A stretch of DNA of 32,000 nt. Origin: Petroclostridium xylanilyticum. GTDB lineage: Bacteria; Bacillota; Clostridia; SK-Y3. Of this stretch, positions 7,853 to 15,835 are shown piece by piece; the first letter of the stretch is position 1, and the number at the start of each line of letters is the position of its first letter. Under the pieces are notes generated by a model that ran no database searches, had not been told where the DNA came from, and saw only the letters and a list, made by a program, of their open reading frames with translations. Made by a program: the position numbers and the translations under genes. The stretch is taken from the NCBI RefSeq assembly GCF_002252565.1, contig NZ_NPML01000018.1:271907-303906 (forward strand). Direction: 5' to 3'.

Positions 7853-8362
7853 TCAATGATAAAACCACTTAGTCGGCAATAAAAATGTCCACGGCATTGT
7901 AATAATAGCAATAGTAATTGCTACTTTTAATCTTAACTTCTTGTCTTCAATCTGTTTTTTAAAAGTAAATTTATAATTAAATACAAATATAAAAACTGCA
8001 GATATCAGCATGGAAAATATTATTATTGCAACTGCCGCAGGATGGCTAAATGGGTCATAATTTATTCCTGCAATCAATTCATTAGGTAATTTCAGGGAAT
8101 TTCCGACCGCCCCCAATAAAAATAGTATTGAAGCACCTATAATATCTGCTAAAAATCCAAATATCCAAACTTTTAATATGCTTTTCTTATAAAATGTTTT
8201 TAGGTTGTTTTGTACATTACCCAACCTGAACACGAAAAAGCAAACCATTATTACCAATGAATCAATGATAAAATTACCTATCAGCGTTATCATGATGACT
8301 GGAGGTAAAAACAATAAAAACCAAATTGGAAAAATTATATTGTATAATGTTATTTTTTTCAT
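7853..8362 (-). CDS. Integral membrane protein (about 5 TM segments), unknown family
   Basis: Start chosen at ATG 8362 (MKKITLYN) 9 nt after GAGGAG. The product is strongly hydrophobic throughout. Confidence 0.65.
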   Translation of the reverse strand: MKKITLYNIIFPIWFLLFLPPVIMITLIGNFIIDSLVIMVCFFVFRLGNVQNNLKTFYKKSILKVWIFGFLADIIGASILFLLGAVGNSLKLPNELIAGINYDPFSHPAAVAIIIFSMLISAVFIFVFNYKFTFKKQIEDKKLRLKVAITIAIITMPWTFLLPTKWFYH

Positions 8363-8469
8363 AAATTCTTTGCTCCTCAAATTATATTTTTCACTTTAGT
8401 TATCGGATACCTTTAATATTCTCAATACATATTGACAAATAACTTTTCCGACAGGAAACTGTATTTCAA

Positions 8470-9306
8470 TTATCTCGCATAACAATAAAGGCACTCATGC
8501 CCGCAACTCTGCCCACTATATGCTCCAATATCTCTTGACCTGGTACATCCGCATTCTTTTCTTTGCCCTGCATCTTTTGCATGTGAGGCTCTTTTCCCGA
8601 ACAATGCTTCAAGGTAGGCCCCGTCTATACAATGTCCCTTCTTCACCCCAGGTACTCCTTCAATGATGGGGCTGGTACATGTATAAATAGTAGTCCCATA
8701 TTTATCTGCAATTTCCACTAATTGGCTTACTAATTCAATCTGCTGTTGCTGTGAAGGAATTAAATAGGTAAACTTCGATGCTTTCATTCTTTGTTCCACT
8801 TTTTTATATAAGCAAAGAAAACTTATGGTACAACGATTGACTCCAAAGGAAGAAATATCCCTGCATAAAGCCTCAAACACCTTTAGCCTTGCTCTTTCAA
8901 AGTTATCTGGTGTCGGATTTTTCTCTCCCTTGATACTAAGAATGATAGGGTCAAATCTCCAGTTTATTTGCTTAGGCGAGTAGTTTCGAGCCAGTTGCTC
9001 CATCTGCCTCAGCGCTTCTTCTGTATCAACAACATTTGGTTCCAGGAATTTGGAGTAGCCCGTGATTGTAAACTGAAAGTACAGATTATACAGCGACAAA
9101 TATCCAGGGTTTTTAAGTACATTGGCAAACGACTTTGACCACAGGCATATGGAATGCACCCTTTCAGGAGACAAGTCTACCATATATGTTGATTTACTGT
9201 AAGGATTTTTTACCATTACATATTTATTTTTCAGACATTCCTGAAGCCAATCATAATAAAACGCAGGAATATCCGTTCTTCTGCTGCAACTTATTATCTC
9301 AAGCAT
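8470..9306 (-). CDS. DUF1848-family protein with a C-terminal Cys cluster
   Basis: Family-typical blocks: ISCSRRTDIPAFYYDWL, WRFDPII, CIDGAYL, and DAGQRKECGCTRSRDIGAYSGQSCGHECLYCYAR. Confidence 0.7.
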   Translation of the reverse strand: MLEIISCSRRTDIPAFYYDWLQECLKNKYVMVKNPYSKSTYMVDLSPERVHSICLWSKSFANVLKNPGYLSLYNLYFQFTITGYSKFLEPNVVDTEEALRQMEQLARNYSPKQINWRFDPIILSIKGEKNPTPDNFERARLKVFEALCRDISSFGVNRCTISFLCLYKKVEQRMKASKFTYLIPSQQQQIELVSQLVEIADKYGTTIYTCTSPIIEGVPGVKKGHCIDGAYLEALFGKRASHAKDAGQRKECGCTRSRDIGAYSGQSCGHECLYCYAR

Positions 9307-9370
9307 CGGTTTTGGATAATGCCTCCATAAAAAGTTTGTGTTTACGGTGTGTGTAAAATATTTAATACTA

Positions 9371-9616
9371 TTATTTTATATATCCGCCATGAAAAGACAA
9401 TCTATATATTTCAATACCACCAAAGCATATTGCCTCATTCCCGTTAAACTCAGATATATCTCCCTGCCATGAACATTTATAAACAAACCCATCCTGTTCA
9501 AATAAAGCAGGTCCTCTGAATGGGTTTTCAACAGGAACTGCCTTTAATGCACTTTTCAAGCATTTGCTGAATCCTGGCGGAACTTCATCAACGAGCATCT
9601 TCCCATAGTAATTCAT
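9371..9616 (-). pseudogene. DUF5680-like gene, C-terminal half, separated from its N-terminal half by the composite transposon
   Basis: Encodes ...YGKMLVDEVPPGF...IYRLSFHGGYIK. Joined to 24736..24504 with one TAATTCAT copy removed, it gives a continuous 156-codon ORF. Confidence 0.8.
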
Positions 9617-11323
9617 GTGTGAGTAAAATATTTGTGGGTGACATTCAGGAATGATTCCCCGACGAGGGTTGCGAACTTTTGTTCGCGACGCTCGTCGGGG
9701 CCACCAAGCGAAGCGCGGTAGAAAAAAGCAAATGTCATGCAAAAAGGACTCTCTCCCTGCTATGATGGTGATGACCAACATCCATAAAACAGGAGGGAGA
9801 GAGTCCATGAAACATCTTACCACAGAATGGCCTTTATTAAAAGAGCTGGAGGAACAATTAGTCAGAACTCTTCAAAAGGTGTTCGCTGTCTTGTTGGCGG
9901 CCCTTTTGGAGGAGATTGATCAACAACTGGCGGAAGCGCGGGACAAGCGCCGGTATCAGCTGAAAGACAAACGGCCGACCACGATCCAAACGCTGTTTGG
10001 AGAAGTGACGTTTCGACGGAACTACTACTATGATCGGCAGGCGGGGGCGTATACCTTCTTGCTGGATGCCGAACTGGGCTTTGATGGAGCGCAGTCGATC
10101 AGCCCTTGCCTCGAGGAAACGGCGGTCGAGTTGGCCGTAGAGTGCTCTTCCTACCGCAAAGCGGCCCGTACGTTGGAGTCGATCGTGGGGTATGCGGTCA
10201 TGAGCCACGAGGCGATTCGCCAACTGGTGCTGGAGGCCCCTGTCTCGCTGCACCACCCTGTTTCCAAACGGCACGGCCGAGTGCTGTTTGTGGAGGCGGA
10301 TGGGCTGTTCATTTCCCGCCAGGGGAAAGGGAAACGGGCGAAAGAAGAGAAAATCCTGGCGGTTCACGAGGGATGGAAACGAAACGGTTCGCAGCTCAAG
10401 CTCGTGAACCGGCGCCACTACCTCCATGAAGGGGTGGGAGACGTGTGGGAACGGTTTGAAGAGTGGCTGATGAACGAATATGCCTATGACCCGTGCCGGG
10501 ACCTTTTGATCATCAACGGCGACGCGGCGTCGTGGATCACAGCCTGCCGGGAGTATTTTGGAAAGCGAGCCTGCTTTCAGCTGGATCGATTTCATGTGGC
10601 GCGGGAGCTGCGCCAATGCCTCTCCGGCCATCCGCGTTGGCGGGAGGTGCGGAAGAAGCTGGCGAAACAAGACGAAGAGGGGCTTCTGGTGGAGCTGAAC
10701 AGCGCGGTCGGCACGTTGGGGGACGAAGGCAAAGAACAACAGCTGGCCGCCTTGATTCGCCGGATCGAGTCGATGCCGGGATGCATCCGGGACTATCGGG
10801 AGTGGCTGTCGGAGCAAGGGGTGGAGACGACCGGCATGCGTCCGATGGGCCACGCCGAGAGCGTGATGAGCCGGTTTGCGCATCGGGTGAAATCCCGCCG
10901 CAGCTGGAAAGACCAAGGGCTTCGGGCGTTTCTGAGGGCGATGGCAGCCCGAATCGACGGGATCGGGTGGAGAAAGGGACGGTGGGAGGAGCAAGAGCCC
11001 CAGTCGGCCGTCTCGGCCTCAACAAAGTCCAAGCGGATCGAACAGGCCAAACGGAAGGCCGGACGGTTATGGGCAGATGTGGTGCGTCAGAATCTACCGT
11101 GTCTGCAGCGGTCATCCGGGACGCCGATCCATCAAGCGTTGTCGGCGCTCCGGGATGGTGGTTGGGTGTAAAAAAATGGAATATCGTATCATCGCCTCAA
11201 GATGAGGGATGAGAGTCCGAAAGCGCTTACGATATTAATTCCTGAAAATGGTTCGCTAACTAGTGATTGACAACGCCCGTAGTGAACCGAAAAAATGTTC
11301 TCCACAAAGTCTTGACTGACTCG
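9617..11323 (+). mobile_element. ISLre2-family insertion sequence, copy 1
   Basis: Boundaries are set by where it diverges from copy 2. Imperfect terminal inverted repeats share the TTTGTGG..GA.ACATT core. A structured leader hairpin lies at 9657-9700. Confidence 0.8.
9807..11171 (+). CDS. ISLre2-family (UPF0236) transposase
   Basis: ATG 9807 lies 9 nt after AGGAGGG. N-terminal pattern LKELEEQL...TLFGEVTFRRNYYYD...FLLDAELG is typical of ISLre2/UPF0236 transposases. Confidence 0.75.
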   Translation: MKHLTTEWPLLKELEEQLVRTLQKVFAVLLAALLEEIDQQLAEARDKRRYQLKDKRPTTIQTLFGEVTFRRNYYYDRQAGAYTFLLDAELGFDGAQSISPCLEETAVELAVECSSYRKAARTLESIVGYAVMSHEAIRQLVLEAPVSLHHPVSKRHGRVLFVEADGLFISRQGKGKRAKEEKILAVHEGWKRNGSQLKLVNRRHYLHEGVGDVWERFEEWLMNEYAYDPCRDLLIINGDAASWITACREYFGKRACFQLDRFHVARELRQCLSGHPRWREVRKKLAKQDEEGLLVELNSAVGTLGDEGKEQQLAALIRRIESMPGCIRDYREWLSEQGVETTGMRPMGHAESVMSRFAHRVKSRRSWKDQGLRAFLRAMAARIDGIGWRKGRWEEQEPQSAVSASTKSKRIEQAKRKAGRLWADVVRQNLPCLQRSSGTPIHQALSALRDGGWV

Positions 11324-11454
11324 GGCCGGAGATTTGCCACCGGCTTCCTTCAGATTCTACCTCGCGGTAGAGACCCTTGCCTTAAGCTAATGGCTACTAC
11401 TGCCTTCGCCATTCGGGACTTGAACCCTATAGATAACGCCCATGCCGGGCGCAC
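11324..11454 (-). mobile_element. Group II intron (bacterial class C) 5' domain-I fragment, truncated by ISLre2 copy 1
   Basis: The minus strand reads GTGCGCCCGGCATGGGCG..TCTATAGGGT..AGTCCCGAA..GAAGGCAG..GCAAGGGT..GAATCTGAAGGAAGC..GGCAAA. This closely parallels my recollection of the Oceanobacillus iheyensis IIC intron 5' end. It starts 5 nt after a terminator-like hairpin, the hallmark IIC insertion context. Confidence 0.7.
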
Positions 11455-11459
11455 ATAAA

Positions 11460-11498
11460 GGCTGCCTCGACGGCAGCCGTGTAGAATAAATTCTACAC
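11460..11498 (-). terminator. Two tandem hairpins (terminator motif) immediately upstream of the intron 5' end
   Basis: GGCTGCC-TCGAC-GGCAGCC (11460-11478) and GTGTAGAA-TAAA-TTCTACAC (11479-11498). On the minus strand these are followed by TTTAT and then GTGCG. Confidence 0.55.
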
Positions 11499-11611
11499 GG
11501 TTCACTCAAAAAGCAATTTGTCAACAGCCCCTTCAATGGGTTCCTTTTTTGTTTGATTTATTAACAAATTTAATTAATCGCATTGCAAATTCCAATTATT
11601 ATTTAATCATT

Positions 11612-13227
11612 GTGCGTGTCAAGATTCAGTAGGTGACCCCCACACACTAGCGAATTTCATGTTTTAGGCAACAATTGGTAACTTCTTTGTAAGTACACGT
11701 AGCACGTACTTGACCCATGGCTCATCTGCTGCTGGGCCATACAGCGCCGGTAAGCTGGCTCGCAGCCAGGCGGCCGGATCTTGACCGGGTAGCCGGCCTT
11801 CGGCACGGATGGGCTTGTCCCCAGCAACACGGCGGATCAGTTCGGGTTGTGCCTGCCAGACCTGCCGTGCCACTTCTGACAACTCGCCGTTAGCCCGTGC
11901 TGCCAGCAGGCGTGCGAGATGGTCAGCCCCTGTATTACTCCAACGGGCCCCGTGCCGCTTCATCCGACGGGCAACATGGTGGAACACCTGGCCCTCTATC
12001 GTGCCAAGACGCTCTGCTACTTTCTTCTGGCAGATCCCTTCCCAGTTCCCTTGCAAGTATCGACGCAGTTTTGTTATTCGCTGGCGTTTAGCTCCTTTGC
12101 TCGCTCGCTCAGCGGCCACCAGAGCTTTTTCTACCTCTGCCCAGTTCTCCTCCACAAGAGCAGCACTTACTGCCTTGTACGCCGCCTCATCATGGCCCAA
12201 ACCCTCCAATAATGCCCGCCGCAAGTGGTAGGGGTCCAACTGGTACGTTGCCCCTGGGAAATACTCACAACCCAGCTTCACCCATGGTGCGCCGTCACCA
12301 CCTACGCAGCAGTTCTCTACGGCAGAAAGGTCCCACTGCCGCCCAAATTGGGCTACTGCTTGCTCCCAGAATACCCGTGCTTCCGCTACTCCGGTGACTA
12401 CCCGGCGTCCCTGCAAACTCTGCCTATGCGGCCCCATACTCACCTTCCGTTCATACCCTACGCCAATTTTTATCGCTAATTTCCTTCGTTCCTTACAATT
12501 GTTGCGGGCCGCCACCCATACCTCATCTGCTTCTACCCGCAGGCTCTGGCTCTTCCGTCGCGCTTCTGGCACTTCTCCCCGGTCAAAAACCGCCGAGCGT
12601 TCTTGCTCTACCTGCTCCGCAAGCCTTTTCCCAGCCTCTTGTGCCTCTTGCCACAGGCTCATCGCTTGTATGTCTACTGCACCCAGCGTTACCTGTTTTA
12701 GCCAGGCAGCTGCCCGGTGGTACGGCATCTCCGCCGCTGCTGTCACCGCCAACTCTGTCGTCCACGGCGACAAGCGTTGCCGTGGCGCCAGGCCCAATGC
12801 TTCATCCAACAGATACCTGCCTTCTCCTGTCTCTTGATCCCGATAATACCTCCGCTCCAGCGCCACTTCTCCAAATGGCGTCACTATAACCCGGGGTTTT
12901 GTATGTACGAGCTTCAGCTGCTTCCTGTTCCTATCTCGCATTAGTTGTTCGTCCAGATAATTGCAAGCTGTCACTAACAACTTCAACGTTATCTTTTGCA
13001 CCAACCGGTAGATACCTTTCTCTAGTTCTGCAAAATCCTGGTAAGTGGTTATTAATCGATACATTTCTCGTATGACTAGCAGGATAATCTCCACAATGTC
13101 GCGAATCATCCACATGAGACCTCACCCTCCTTGGCTATTGTGTTAGGGGTGGTTGCCTGAGGAGACAACCGGTGAGGTCTCTTTTCTATTTCCGCCTCAC
13201 TTTCTCCTACTGAAATTTTACACGCTC
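11612..13227 (-). mobile_element. Second, divergent ISLre2-family insertion sequence
   Basis: Terminal inverted repeats GTGCGTGTCAAGATTCAGTAGG and GAGCGTGTAAAATTTCAGTAGG match at 18 of 22 positions. 9-bp direct repeat TTAATCATT at 11603-11611 and 13228-13236. Confidence 0.8.
11664..13115 (-). CDS. ISLre2-family (UPF0236) transposase
   Basis: 483-aa ORF behind AAGGAGGG. FAELEKGIY...TPFGEVALERRYYRD...YLLDEALGL parallels the transposase of the flanking IS copies but is clearly a different sequence. Confidence 0.75.
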   Translation of the reverse strand: MWMIRDIVEIILLVIREMYRLITTYQDFAELEKGIYRLVQKITLKLLVTACNYLDEQLMRDRNRKQLKLVHTKPRVIVTPFGEVALERRYYRDQETGEGRYLLDEALGLAPRQRLSPWTTELAVTAAAEMPYHRAAAWLKQVTLGAVDIQAMSLWQEAQEAGKRLAEQVEQERSAVFDRGEVPEARRKSQSLRVEADEVWVAARNNCKERRKLAIKIGVGYERKVSMGPHRQSLQGRRVVTGVAEARVFWEQAVAQFGRQWDLSAVENCCVGGDGAPWVKLGCEYFPGATYQLDPYHLRRALLEGLGHDEAAYKAVSAALVEENWAEVEKALVAAERASKGAKRQRITKLRRYLQGNWEGICQKKVAERLGTIEGQVFHHVARRMKRHGARWSNTGADHLARLLAARANGELSEVARQVWQAQPELIRRVAGDKPIRAEGRLPGQDPAAWLRASLPALYGPAADEPWVKYVLRVLTKKLPIVA

Positions 13228-13238
13228 TTAATCATTAA

Positions 13239-13284
13239 TTAACACAATTTTAATACTCCATTGATATATGTATGTTAATATAAG
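13239..13284 (+). promoter_or_regulatory. PhoP-box-like tetrad plus -10 element upstream of ptxA
   Basis: TTAACA-caatt-TTAATA-ctcca-TTGATA-tatgt-ATGTTA are hexamers every 11 bp (13239-13277), followed by TATAAG (13279-13284). This matches the Bacillus PhoP TT(A/T/C)ACA-N5 direct-repeat architecture. Confidence 0.4.
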
Positions 13285-13304
13285 AAACAAGGGGAGGTGA
13301 CAAC

Positions 13305-14084
13305 ATGGTATTGGAAGTGGAAAATCTCACGAAGAAATTTGACCACCTGGTGCTGGATCATATCAGTTTTCAAGTTTCCCAGGGTGAGTTTGTTGTCATT
13401 CTGGGTTCCAGCGGCGCGGGGAAATCAACCTTGATGAGATGCCTGAATGGCTTGATGGCGCCTACCAGCGGAAAGGTTAGGGTCCATGACATCGAGGTGT
13501 GCAAAAAAAACCTTCACAAGATCCGTCAAAAAGTAGGTTTTATTTTTCAGAATTTCAACGTCATCGGGAATTTGACCGTGATGCAGAATGTGCTGATCGG
13601 CCTGCTGGGAACCAAATCGTTTTGGAACATTTTTTTCACCAAGGAAGAAAAAAAGATCGCGGAAGAAGCGATTGAACTGGTGGGTTTAAAGGACAAAATT
13701 TACACGCGTGTTGAGAAATTGAGCGGGGGGCAAAAACAAAGAGTGGCTATCGCCAGGGTGCTGGTGCAGAAACCCGATGTGATTCTCGCGGATGAGCCGG
13801 TCTCCAACTTGGATCCGGTCATCAGCCGGGAAATCCTCGATATTTTGCGGAACATCAACGAAAGCAAAGGAACGGTGGTCATTTGTAACCTGCATCAACT
13901 CGAATACGCAGTAGAGTATGGCCATCGGATCATCGGCATTCACAGCGGAAAAGTGGTTTTTGACGGCAACCCCCAGGTAATGCGGGAGCAAGACTTAGCC
14001 CGGATATATGGGGAAAAGTTTGTGCAAAACGAAATACGGAAGCCTAATCGATCGTTACTGAAAAGAGAACTAGTTCAAGTATAA
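13305..14084 (+). CDS. ptxA: PhnC/PtxA-type phosphonate/phosphite ABC transporter ATP-binding protein
   Basis: Walker A GSSGAGKST, signature LSGGQKQRVAIAR, Walker B ILADEP, and the PhnC-type NLHQLEYA block. GGGGAGG RBS. Confidence 0.85.
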   Translation: MVLEVENLTKKFDHLVLDHISFQVSQGEFVVILGSSGAGKSTLMRCLNGLMAPTSGKVRVHDIEVCKKNLHKIRQKVGFIFQNFNVIGNLTVMQNVLIGLLGTKSFWNIFFTKEEKKIAEEAIELVGLKDKIYTRVEKLSGGQKQRVAIARVLVQKPDVILADEPVSNLDPVISREILDILRNINESKGTVVICNLHQLEYAVEYGHRIIGIHSGKVVFDGNPQVMREQDLARIYGEKFVQNEIRKPNRSLLKRELVQV

Positions 14085-14099
14085 TGGAGGGAAGCGGAC

Positions 14100-14999
14100 A
14101 TGAAAAAAACAGGAGTATTGGTAATCATCACGACATTATTGATTTCTCTGTTGTCCGGTTGCGGCGGGGAGAAGTCTGGGGCAGGAGCGGCAAAATCGGG
14201 GATTGATCCGAACCCAGCAAAATTGAGGATAGCTCTTCTGCCCGACGAATCACCTTCCACGGTAATCAAAAACAATGAAGGATTAAGGAATTATTTGGCG
14301 AAAACTTTAAATAAAGAAATCGAACTCGTCGTAACGACCGACTATTCTTCGATGATCGAAGCGATGCGCAAAGGGCATATCGAGGTTGCTTATTTCGGGC
14401 CTCTATCTTATGTACTGCTCAAGCAAAAGATGGAAAATGTCGAGCCGTTCGCCGCCAAGCTCGATAAAGGGGCGCCCACTTATAACGCGGTAGTCATCGC
14501 AGGAGCGAATACGGGTATCGCCCAATTAAGCGACATCAAAGGGAAAACTGTCGCTTTCGGAGATGCTGCCTCCACCTCAAGCCATTTGATCCCGAAGGAA
14601 ATGCTTAAAAATGCCGGTTTGGAAGCGGAAAAAGACTACAAACAACAGTTTGTCGGAGCACACGACGCTGTAGCGATAGCTGTGCAAAACGGCAATGCCG
14701 AGGCCGGCGGGCTCAGCAAACCGATCTTTGATTCCCTCGTGGAAAAAGGCACTATTGATAAAAACAAGGTGAAGGTCATCGCAGTATCCAAGCCGTATCC
14801 AAATTATCCATGGGTCATGAACAGTGAACTCGATCCGCAATTGAAAGAATCGATTAAAAAGGCGCTGTACGATTTGAAGGACAAAGATGTCCTCAAGCCG
14901 TTAAAAGCCGAAGGTTTCGTGCCGATTACTGATAAAGATTTTGATGTCATTCGCGATATGGTAAAATCGCTTGGCATCGATCTGGAGGAGGTACAATGA
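14100..14999 (+). CDS. ptxB: PhnD/PtxB-type periplasmic-binding lipoprotein for phosphite/phosphonate
   Basis: Lipobox LLSGC after a signal peptide. PhnD-family blocks are LRIALLPDES, TDYSSMIEAMRKGHIEVAYFGP and IKGKTVAFGDAASTSSHLIP. Confidence 0.8.
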   Translation: MKKTGVLVIITTLLISLLSGCGGEKSGAGAAKSGIDPNPAKLRIALLPDESPSTVIKNNEGLRNYLAKTLNKEIELVVTTDYSSMIEAMRKGHIEVAYFGPLSYVLLKQKMENVEPFAAKLDKGAPTYNAVVIAGANTGIAQLSDIKGKTVAFGDAASTSSHLIPKEMLKNAGLEAEKDYKQQFVGAHDAVAIAVQNGNAEAGGLSKPIFDSLVEKGTIDKNKVKVIAVSKPYPNYPWVMNSELDPQLKESIKKALYDLKDKDVLKPLKAEGFVPITDKDFDVIRDMVKSLGIDLEEVQ

Positions 15000-15835
15000 G
15001 TGTAATCAATGCGTCGGCTGCTTCTATCAAATCGCACAGCGGATCAGTCTTGATGAACGGATGGTTTTTCATTATCCTGATCGGAGCGGTGTTAATCCTA
15101 GGCTCCTTGTTTTACACCTTGAATGTCAGTTGGGACTTGCTTGCTAACAGCAGAACGCTAAGCAATTTCATATCGACTGTCGGAGAAATGTTTCCGCCCA
15201 ATTTCGCCGTTGTGCCCACATTGGGGAAAGCGATCGTGGAAACTCTTGTAATGAGTGTTATGGCTACGATTCTTGCCGTTTTCTTATCGTTTCCTCTCAG
15301 CTTTTTGGCGGCGGAAAAAACATCGCTCCATCCCTCGGTTTGCTATATGGCCAAAGGCATATTTAACGCGTTGCGGACGATTCCTGAACTTATCATGGCG
15401 ATTATCTTTGTGGCTTCCGTCGGCTTCGGAATTCTTCCGGGAATTCTCGCGCTGGGAATCCATTCGGCCGGGATGCTCGGGAAGTTTTATGCGGAAGCGA
15501 TCGAAAAAGTGGACACCGGCTTGATCGAGGCGGTTGAGTCTTCGGGTGGATCGCGTTTTCATGTCATCGTCTTCAGCGTAATCCCTCAGATAGTAAGCCA
15601 TTGCATTGACTTTACTTTGTACCGGTGGGAATACAATTTCCGCGCCTCGACGGTCGTCGGCATGATCGGCGCGGGCGGAATCGGCTTTCAATTAATCACT
15701 TCTCTGCGGATCATGCAGTACCAAGATGTTCTTGCGATTCTTGCGGTTGTGTTTGTGATGGTGCAGTTGGTCGACGCGTTCGGGAATATGATTCGCAGAA
15801 AATTATTGTTTGGGGAGAGTGGTACAAACAGATGA
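14996..15835 (+). CDS. ptxC: PhnE/PtxC-type ABC transporter permease
   Basis: Multi-TM ORF whose start overlaps the ptxB stop (ATGA). PhnE C-terminal block YRWEYNFRASTVVGMIGAGGIGFQL. Confidence 0.8.
   Translation: MSVINASAASIKSHSGSVLMNGWFFIILIGAVLILGSLFYTLNVSWDLLANSRTLSNFISTVGEMFPPNFAVVPTLGKAIVETLVMSVMATILAVFLSFPLSFLAAEKTSLHPSVCYMAKGIFNALRTIPELIMAIIFVASVGFGILPGILALGIHSAGMLGKFYAEAIEKVDTGLIEAVESSGGSRFHVIVFSVIPQIVSHCIDFTLYRWEYNFRASTVVGMIGAGGIGFQLITSLRIMQYQDVLAILAVVFVMVQLVDAFGNMIRRKLLFGESGTNR

Noticed and set aside
9371-9823. 150-aa ORF (and 24440..24736) listed as single proteins.
   Set aside because: They are chimeras. Each reads from the DUF5680 gene half into or out of the ISLre2 end, and the IS-derived parts (MVRCFMDSLPP..., ...ESVKTLWRTFFRFTTGVVNH) are not genuine coding sequence.
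9858-10994. Long antisense or alternative-frame ORFs inside the GC-rich IS elements. Examples are 9858..10994 (-), 10493..11212 (+), 10537..11115 (-) and their duplicates at 23038-24392, plus the 11809-12889 set and 20746..21405 (-).
   Set aside because: These are typical shadow ORFs of GC-rich DNA. They overlap a transposase ORF with a recognisable family signature and SD, and their products are low-complexity R/P/G/A-rich sequences.
15625-15831. Upstream extension of ptxD to 15625, giving a 405-aa version.
   Set aside because: The extension lies out of frame within the ptxC coding sequence. The ATGA overlap at 15832 gives a 336-aa protein of normal PtxD length.
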